Both the position numbers and the translations under genes were made by a program. Below, one piece after another: positions 26,966 to 32,669 of a stretch of DNA of 32,669 bases (within the stretch, counting starts at the first letter, position 1; the number at the start of each line of letters is the position of its first letter). This DNA is from Candidatus Thorarchaeota archaeon (GTDB lineage: Archaea > Asgardarchaeota > Thorarchaeia > Thorarchaeales > Thorarchaeaceae): the NCBI GenBank assembly GCA_020348985.1, contig CP070761.1, forward strand, positions 630,354 through 663,022, read 5' to 3'. The notes under the pieces are model-generated. The model was given only the letters and a program-made list of their open reading frames with translations. It made no database searches and was not told where the DNA came from.

Positions 26966-29266
26966 CTAACCGACAGAGTCTAGCCTCAGGAGCTCCAAAT
27001 AATACTCCAAATACTCCCTCCCTATAGACCCAATATCCAATCGCTCTCTCGCAAACTGTTTTCCTCTGGAAGCAATCTCATGCAGTGAATCTTTCCTTTC
27101 ATAATGTTGAAGAACTGCTTCGATATCTGTGCGAATTGACTCAGCATCGTCTGTACGAATGAGAAAGCCATTATTCCCATCCTTGATATAATCTGAAACA
27201 CCCCCGCGTCTGGGGGCGAATGTCAGAAATCCTGCAGCCATGCCCTCCAGAATAGAAATACCAAACTCCTCCTTGAAACTACTGCACACATAGAGGTTTG
27301 GCAAGTCATTCTTAATGCTGCTCATGATACTTTGCTCCAATAGACGCACTTTGGGATTTTGAACAGCTGGAATGTGACAGAACTGACCTTTGAGTTCAGG
27401 TCTGCTCTCCATCAATTCCTCAATTCGTTTGATTATTGAAAGCTCTTCCGGAGTTGGGTTATTGAGATTCCCCCCTACTAGCACTAGATTGTAGGACTGA
27501 TTCAGAGAAGACCTAATCCAAGCTTCTACTAGATAGTGTTGCCCCTTCATTGGGTGCAGGCGACCCGCGTTGAGAATGATTGGGCGGCCCAATTGTGATG
27601 GGTTCAATTGATAGTCTCCTTCGTGAGAGATGAGGAGATCTGGGTATATGCTTGCGTCCTCCTCCCGCAGACGGAATTCTGGGCGTACACCCTCAGCCAC
27701 AATTCTGAGGGGCTTGTTCCTTATGGTACTGTCCAACAAAAGCTGAGGGAAATAGGGAAGAACCTGCGAGTTCTTGCGCTCGAATCCTATCAGCAGAAGC
27801 GCATCGACCCCCTCGATAATCTTGTCTGCAATGAAGACCTTGTTCAGATTACGAAGGAGCTGAGATTCACTCATGGGCCTGAAGTCCTTATCATTCTGCA
27901 TGAAGGTCCCATGAGGATCCGGTGTGAGTGTGAAGACTACCTTCTTCCCTAGTCTCTTGGCAAGACTGAGAACGGCCTTGGATGCATTGTCTGTGTACCG
28001 AATATGGAAGATGTCTGGGTCAATGTCGTAGCGTTCGAGTGTTCTCCTTACGGCTCGCATGATTTCATACTCATTTTCAAGGAAGTCGAGTGCTTCATCG
28101 CACAACTCGAATGATACAGGAATGCGAACCAGCTTGTGGTTATCTCTCAATTCCTCCAAGAGTGGTTCTGTCATGGCTCTATCCATGGGGAGAAGATTGA
28201 ATGTATAGACATCCGCGATCTCATCGTTCTCTGTCAAATAGTCTCCCAACTCACGAAGGAATGTGCCCAAGCCCCCTCCACTCAACACCCCTGGACGGGT
28301 CAAGTCGCCATAGAAAGCACATTGCACTAGTGTGATTCCTTCGGACCTTTCGCTCTTTCTCCTCTCCTTGCCACGTTCAAGCTCTATCACGGAAGCACGA
28401 ATGAATTCTGAAAGTGTCAAAGAGTCGCTTGCGTTGAGATTGCCCAGCACCTTCGTGGATGCAGAGTCGCCCAATTGTGCAATAACATCAACTAGCGTGT
28501 AGAGTATTGATGGTTCCAGTGATGGCTGGCGGAGTAGTCGATTGAGAGAAGGAGTCAGGGAGGTCTTACCTTTATCACCGACATATCGAAGCAATGCACA
28601 GAGAGCCGGTGCCTCCAATCTATCACTCTCAAGACATTCTCTCAGACTTGCTTCTGTCAATCCATCTAGTCCGTGTTCAGCTGATAGATCTAGGAAGAAT
28701 CTCATTTGACGCTCATCGACAGTTGCAACATCTAGAATGCCACTTGGGATATCTATCAGGTCTTGAGGATCACCAGACTCCCCAGCGGTACGAAAGAGAT
28801 CAGCAACCAGCGCGTCGATATAGGGCGAGCTACCAACAAAATCGAGGAGACGCGCATGATTGTCTTGTGGTTGGACTTCAAAAAGTGAAATGAGGGCGAG
28901 ATAAAGGTCGATTGTTGTCCGAGTTTCTTCGAAGAGTGTCGTCACACTTTCTTCTCCGCGTAGCAGCAAGATGTTTCGAGCCAATACTCGACTGGCCTCA
29001 CCCATATCGCGAATAGATTCTAGTCTAGGACTGTCGAATACTATTGGCACTTTGAGTCTACTTAGAAGAAACAGACAGTACCGGAAGAGTGAGTAGGTGT
29101 CGGTTGCACAAATGATAACTCTGGGTAGGGAATCGTACAGATACTCGACTACATTGTCATAGGTGTGCTTCTTCGGGTCCCGCTCAATCTCATCTAATAT
29201 CTCCTCTATTTCCGATTCATTGAACGATTCGAGAACAGTGCGGTAGTCGGACGTGTGCAGAACCAT
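26966..29266 (-). CDS. GT-B (GT4, sucrose-phosphate-synthase-like) glycosyltransferase with N-terminal helical/HEAT-like region
   Basis: GGLGTFL acceptor loop, GRLHPMKG, EEFGISILEGMAAG (E-x7-E), DGNNGFL. The ~300-aa Leu-rich helical N-terminus includes a HEAT-like VIAQLGDSASTKVL. Confidence 0.87.
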   Translation of the reverse strand: MVLHTSDYRTVLESFNESEIEEILDEIERDPKKHTYDNVVEYLYDSLPRVIICATDTYSLFRYCLFLLSRLKVPIVFDSPRLESIRDMGEASRVLARNILLLRGEESVTTLFEETRTTIDLYLALISLFEVQPQDNHARLLDFVGSSPYIDALVADLFRTAGESGDPQDLIDIPSGILDVATVDERQMRFFLDLSAEHGLDGLTEASLRECLESDRLEAPALCALLRYVGDKGKTSLTPSLNRLLRQPSLEPSILYTLVDVIAQLGDSASTKVLGNLNASDSLTLSEFIRASVIELERGKERRKSERSEGITLVQCAFYGDLTRPGVLSGGGLGTFLRELGDYLTENDEIADVYTFNLLPMDRAMTEPLLEELRDNHKLVRIPVSFELCDEALDFLENEYEIMRAVRRTLERYDIDPDIFHIRYTDNASKAVLSLAKRLGKKVVFTLTPDPHGTFMQNDKDFRPMSESQLLRNLNKVFIADKIIEGVDALLLIGFERKNSQVLPYFPQLLLDSTIRNKPLRIVAEGVRPEFRLREEDASIYPDLLISHEGDYQLNPSQLGRPIILNAGRLHPMKGQHYLVEAWIRSSLNQSYNLVLVGGNLNNPTPEELSIIKRIEELMESRPELKGQFCHIPAVQNPKVRLLEQSIMSSIKNDLPNLYVCSSFKEEFGISILEGMAAGFLTFAPRRGGVSDYIKDGNNGFLIRTDDAESIRTDIEAVLQHYERKDSLHEIASRGKQFARERLDIGSIGREYLEYYLELLRLDSVG

Positions 29267-29275
29267 CCTTATTGA

Positions 29276-29701
29276 CTAGCCCAGCCAGTCAGGCACTTCA
29301 TGATCCAGCCAAACGGGATCTGGCGTGACCTCGTCTTCTGTGTCCTTGCCGCGATTATCGTGGATTATTTCATTGAACTCCTCCGATGGGCACACTTGCA
29401 TGTCATTTTCAACAATCACTTGACAAGACAGGTGCACCTGAGGAGCGTCGAACTGGGGCTGACCAGTTCTCACAAACCTTTCAAAGAGGTCCTTCTGTGC
29501 CTGAGTCACTTTGCTAGGTGTGCCCTTGTCAATAGTACATCTGCAGGTAGTGCATTTTGCCCATCCTCCACAAGTGTGGACCAAATCGATTTCATGTTCT
29601 ATGAGGGCCTTGAGCAGTTTCGTCCCACTCTCCACCTCAAACTCCTTCACTACTTCTCTCATTGGATCTACTACTGTAACCTTTGGCATGGCTAAGGCCA
29701 T
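29276..29701 (-). CDS. [2Fe-2S] ferredoxin (adrenodoxin-type)
   Basis: HTCGGWAKCTTC...LSCQ; ends 9 bp upstream of the glycosyltransferase start. Confidence 0.9.
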   Translation of the reverse strand: MALAMPKVTVVDPMREVVKEFEVESGTKLLKALIEHEIDLVHTCGGWAKCTTCRCTIDKGTPSKVTQAQKDLFERFVRTGQPQFDAPQVHLSCQVIVENDMQVCPSEEFNEIIHDNRGKDTEDEVTPDPVWLDHEVPDWLG

Positions 29702-29852
29702 GGCGCGTTCTCACTAAAATGCGTTCCGCGAGAGCGTGTCAGAGGGCCCTCTTTCTGTGTATTATGAAAACCACCAATGCGACTATTGTTATAGTGGCTA
29801 ATGTACTTCTGAAGACAACAATTGTTTAATGTCCACGACGCAAGCACAACTC

Positions 29853-30056
29853 ATGCCAACTGTTGACGTTAAGATGTGGAAAGGTGTATCAGAAGCGGCT
29901 GCGGAACGAATCATCTCAGGTATTACGAAGGTCTTTGTTGATTTAGGAATTCCAGAACGGGCTGTCGAAGTCCTAATTCTAGAAATTCCAAAGACCCATT
30001 GGGGAATCGAAGGGAAGCCCGCCTCGAAAGTGATGCCAGACGCAAGGTCTCCCTAG
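29853..30056 (+). CDS. 4-oxalocrotonate tautomerase family protein
   Basis: Start reassigned to ATG 29853, giving M-P (catalytic Pro1): PTVDVKMWKG...ITKVFVDLGIPERAVEVLILEIPKTHWGIEG. Confidence 0.9.
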   Translation: MPTVDVKMWKGVSEAAAERIISGITKVFVDLGIPERAVEVLILEIPKTHWGIEGKPASKVMPDARSP

Positions 30057-30069
30057 GGGAGCTCATGTT

Positions 30070-30381
30070 TCAGACTTCATCGTCACTTGTCCGGGATCTA
30101 CCTAACAACCGTGGGAGTTCATCCTCGAGCACAATGCACAACGCGTAAGGCGAGGCTAATATGGCTGGCAGTGAAAAGTAGAACATAGCGATTACGAGCG
30201 GGTTGTCAGGGTAGGCAATCCGGAATATGAAGTGGTAGAGGAGAAAGAGTAAGATGCCAACAATCACGTATGCTATGACGATTTTTCGGGCCTTTTCCCT
30301 TACGGATGTGCCCATCTGAGAACCTTCTTCCATCTCCATCATTCTCCAAACCACGAGAGCTTCAACGATGACGGCAGGCAC
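30070..30381 (-). CDS. Small hypothetical membrane protein (2 TM)
   Basis: Two hydrophobic segments; start uncertain, probably one of the internal ATGs. Confidence 0.55.
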   Translation of the reverse strand: MPAVIVEALVVWRMMEMEEGSQMGTSVREKARKIVIAYVIVGILLFLLYHFIFRIAYPDNPLVIAMFYFSLPAILASPYALCIVLEDELPRLLGRSRTSDDEV

Positions 30382-30471
30382 ACCTGCGCGTTTACAATGG
30401 ATTGTACTTCCGTCTAATCAGTATTCCTGAAATCCGTCTTGAGAGAAACCTCTCTAGGATGTTATCCAACG

Positions 30472-30876
30472 CTACTTCTTTTCCCTTAATCTGACAATGC
30501 AGAAATCAAAGAAGAGAAGAATCGGAGTTGGCAGAAGGAGTCGAGAATCGATGTCCGGGGGAACAATGCTGATGATGACTTCGGGCGCCGTATCCAAAAT
30601 GATGCTCGCAGTGTATAACCCTAGAAACATCCAGGCAATCACAAGAACAACTGGGACGACCGCAGCATCAACATAGTCACTGCCTATCCTGTCAGCATCA
30701 TACATGGAAACTACACTTGCGAAAAGGAGACGATGAAGAAGAAGCACAGGCAAGATTTCGAAGGCTGCCGCCGGACTTGCTTCCCAAAACGAGAAGACAC
30801 TTGCCGAAAACCACGAGCCATCTGTCCGATCAGAGTCTACGATTGGTCCCATCCCCGTACCTATGAACCAAGTCAT
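30472..30876 (-). CDS. Hypothetical membrane protein, possibly 5'-disrupted
   Basis: Three hydrophobic segments ending PTPILL. The frame stays open upstream (AFLLALFGPFLIG, a further TM) to a TAG at 30961-30963 with no start codon. Confidence 0.45.
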   Translation of the reverse strand: MTWFIGTGMGPIVDSDRTDGSWFSASVFSFWEASPAAAFEILPVLLLHRLLFASVVSMYDADRIGSDYVDAAVVPVVLVIAWMFLGLYTASIILDTAPEVIISIVPPDIDSRLLLPTPILLFFDFCIVRLREKK

Positions 30877-31118
30877 GTGAGAAGATGAGATGTGATGCCA
30901 TTCAAGATACTGATAACCTATCAGAAAGGGTCCGAACAGTGCTAACAGAAAAGCAGAATTCTACGATGGACTCTGAGTCGCCGTCCTTTCTCAACATGTG
31001 AATCCTGGCTCACAGAATCGTACCATCTCCCCTAGACTATATTGCCGGATTCTCCGATGAATGAATCCAAAGCCGTATGAACGTACCAGATTGAACAGGG
31101 ATGGAAGAAGGGAAGATT

Positions 31119-31400
31119 TCAGCTAATTCTCTCAATCACTTGAAGCATTTCGTCTACTCTCTCAGAAGAAAGGATTGTCCTGATAGCATCAAGTTCGCTC
31201 TGATTTCTTATCAGAACTCCTATCTTGTTCATTGGATTTCCGCTTTTGCCAATCGGATTGATCTCAACAGCTAGATAGGCTGGACCCTCCTTTGATTGAG
31301 GTATCTTCCTGATGAATATCCCCGGTTCATCAGTCCTCAACCGTTCAAACCTCCTTCCGTGCTTGAGCATATCTCTCAGTGATTCTTCCATTCGGGTCAC
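31119..31400 (-). CDS. Conserved archaeal hypothetical protein (LAVEINP motif)
   Basis: 93 aa with GGAG upstream; PGIFIRKIP...YLAVEINP. Confidence 0.75.
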   Translation of the reverse strand: MTRMEESLRDMLKHGRRFERLRTDEPGIFIRKIPQSKEGPAYLAVEINPIGKSGNPMNKIGVLIRNQSELDAIRTILSSERVDEMLQVIERIS

Positions 31401-31440
31401 CCAGTTCTCCTAATTATGGAAAACCTCTCAAAATCATCGC

Positions 31441-31995
31441 TTAAAGGCTTGCTCCACAATTCCTACACTGGGGACTTAGTCCTATGTTGTCGTAATTGCA
31501 GAACGGACACTCAGTTGTCTGCCCTATCCTCTCGAAAGCTCTGGTGGATGAGCCGTCAAGTCCCTGCAGTTCAAACACATCATCAGTAACTGGGTCATAG
31601 ACTCTAATTGTATAGATTGGTCTATTGTTGACCTGGTGTGTGACCTTTGCTTCAAGAAACTGGCTAAGAGGTCTTCCTGCAAAGTGCTCAAGAGGCACCT
31701 CTTTGATTAGGGTCCCTCCTCGAGCCTCTATGATTCTCTCGGTAGTTAGATAGTATCTTGTTCTTCTCTCACGGATGAAAGCTACGGCTGTGGCAATGAA
31801 GATGATGAACAATAGAAACACGACCGGAGGCACCATACTCATACCGTACAGGTTGTACACTCCTGCAAGAGACACAGGTCCAAATATGAACAAAAGGAAG
31901 CCTGACGCAATGACTTTCCCGCTAGTCCCCTCTCTCCTTGTCCAGACGATACTCTCGCCTGCGTGTAGTCCCTGTCTGGGAGGATTAAATCGCAT
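31441..31995 (-). CDS. Membrane protein: 2 TM + PH-like domain + C-terminal zinc ribbon (paralog A)
   Basis: GESIVW, two TM helices, TRYYLTTERII (bacterial-PH-like entry motif), CPFC...CRNCG. Likely start is ATG 31995. Confidence 0.8.
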   Translation of the reverse strand: MRFNPPRQGLHAGESIVWTRREGTSGKVIASGFLLFIFGPVSLAGVYNLYGMSMVPPVVFLLFIIFIATAVAFIRERRTRYYLTTERIIEARGGTLIKEVPLEHFAGRPLSQFLEAKVTHQVNNRPIYTIRVYDPVTDDVFELQGLDGSSTRAFERIGQTTECPFCNYDNIGLSPQCRNCGASL

Positions 31996-32119
31996 ATACT
32001 TACCTTGTGGAATGCAAGGATGTCTTTCAATTTGAGGATTCTTTGTCTGTGTGTAGAGTCCAGCCAAGACGAAGAAATGTCATATAAGTTCTAGACAGTT
32101 GTCAAAGCAATGTGTCAAC

Positions 32120-32669
32120 ATGAACGAAGTCGAAATCTCTACCGGTGGACGTTTTGATCCTCCAGATGTGGGAATGCTCCCCGGAGAGAGCATCGTATGG
32201 AGTCGAAGAGCAGGAACCGGCTTCTGGGTTATCTTCTTCGGCGCTTTGATACTCATGGGAGGTCCAGTACTTTCCTTGGTCTCAATCGATGCATTTGGAT
32301 TATCTGTTGGCATCATATTTGGAATATTGACTCTCGTGGGAATCATAGCACTGATGGGCACTTTGATTAATGTCAGAAGAACCAGATACTATCTCACCAC
32401 TGACAGGATACTAGAGGTGAGGGGGGGAAAGATCCAAAGAGCTGTTCCTCTGGACCACTTTGCAGGACGCCCTTTGGGTCAATTCATTGAGTCAAGAATC
32501 AGCCACACGAGTAACAACCAACCTGTCTACGAGATTCGCATCTACGATCCTGTTTATGATGAGGTAATTGAGCTGAAGGGGCTTGACCCCAACTCGGCAA
32601 GGGCTTTTGAGAGAATCGGAGATATTGTCGAATGCCCGTATTGCGGTTACGATAACTCAGCGATGCGTT
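32120..32669 (+). CDS. Membrane protein: 2 TM + PH-like domain + zinc ribbon (paralog B); truncated by the window end
   Basis: Absent from the ORF track. Manual translation: MNEVEISTGGRFDPPDVGMLPGESIVWSRR...RRTRYYLTTDRILEVRGG...VPLDHFAGRPL...RAFERIGDIVECPYCGYDN. Confidence 0.85.
   Translation, partial: MNEVEISTGGRFDPPDVGMLPGESIVWSRRAGTGFWVIFFGALILMGGPVLSLVSIDAFGLSVGIIFGILTLVGIIALMGTLINVRRTRYYLTTDRILEVRGGKIQRAVPLDHFAGRPLGQFIESRISHTSNNQPVYEIRIYDPVYDEVIELKGLDPNSARAFERIGDIVECPYCGYDNSAMR

Noticed and set aside
29741-29795. Palindromes AGAGGGCCCTCT and ACTAT-N4-ATAGT in the ferredoxin/tautomerase divergent spacer
   Set aside because: Single short occurrences with no adjacent regulator; could be chance.
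30877-31000. In-frame TAG upstream of the 30472-30876 membrane gene as possible pyrrolysine readthrough
   Set aside because: No start codon lies between that TAG and the next upstream in-frame TGA; decay or frameshift is simpler.
1-32669. Integron, provirus or IS as the cause of the mosaic structure
   Set aside because: No integrase, transposase, viral structural gene or conserved att repeat was seen in the window.

Overview
Archaeal chromosomal segment of about 48% GC by eye, most consistent with an Asgard archaeon such as Thorarchaeia. This is an inference from the tetraether synthase, the tandem Lrp/AsnC regulator, TATA-type promoters and surface-protein anchor sequences. It is an accessory, mosaic region of about 30 genes with no rRNA, tRNA, CRISPR array or transposase detected. 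Highlights: (1) a tetraether lipid synthase (Tes/GDGT-MAS) followed by a tocopherol-cyclase-family gene, converging on a [2Fe-2S] ferredoxin plus HEAT-GT4 glycosyltransferase pair, a candidate lipid-tailoring locus; (2) at least six gene remnants not called as such in the ORF track, mostly 3' ends lying just after intact genes, two of them copies of genes in this window, which suggests repeated gene replacement; (3) a head-to-head pair of paralogous 2TM-PH-like-zinc-ribbon genes; (4) a large secreted FG-GAP repeat protein running off the left edge; (5) a divergent TetR/amidohydrolase pair with a visible twin palindromic operator. All family calls come from motif recognition by eye; no database search was run.
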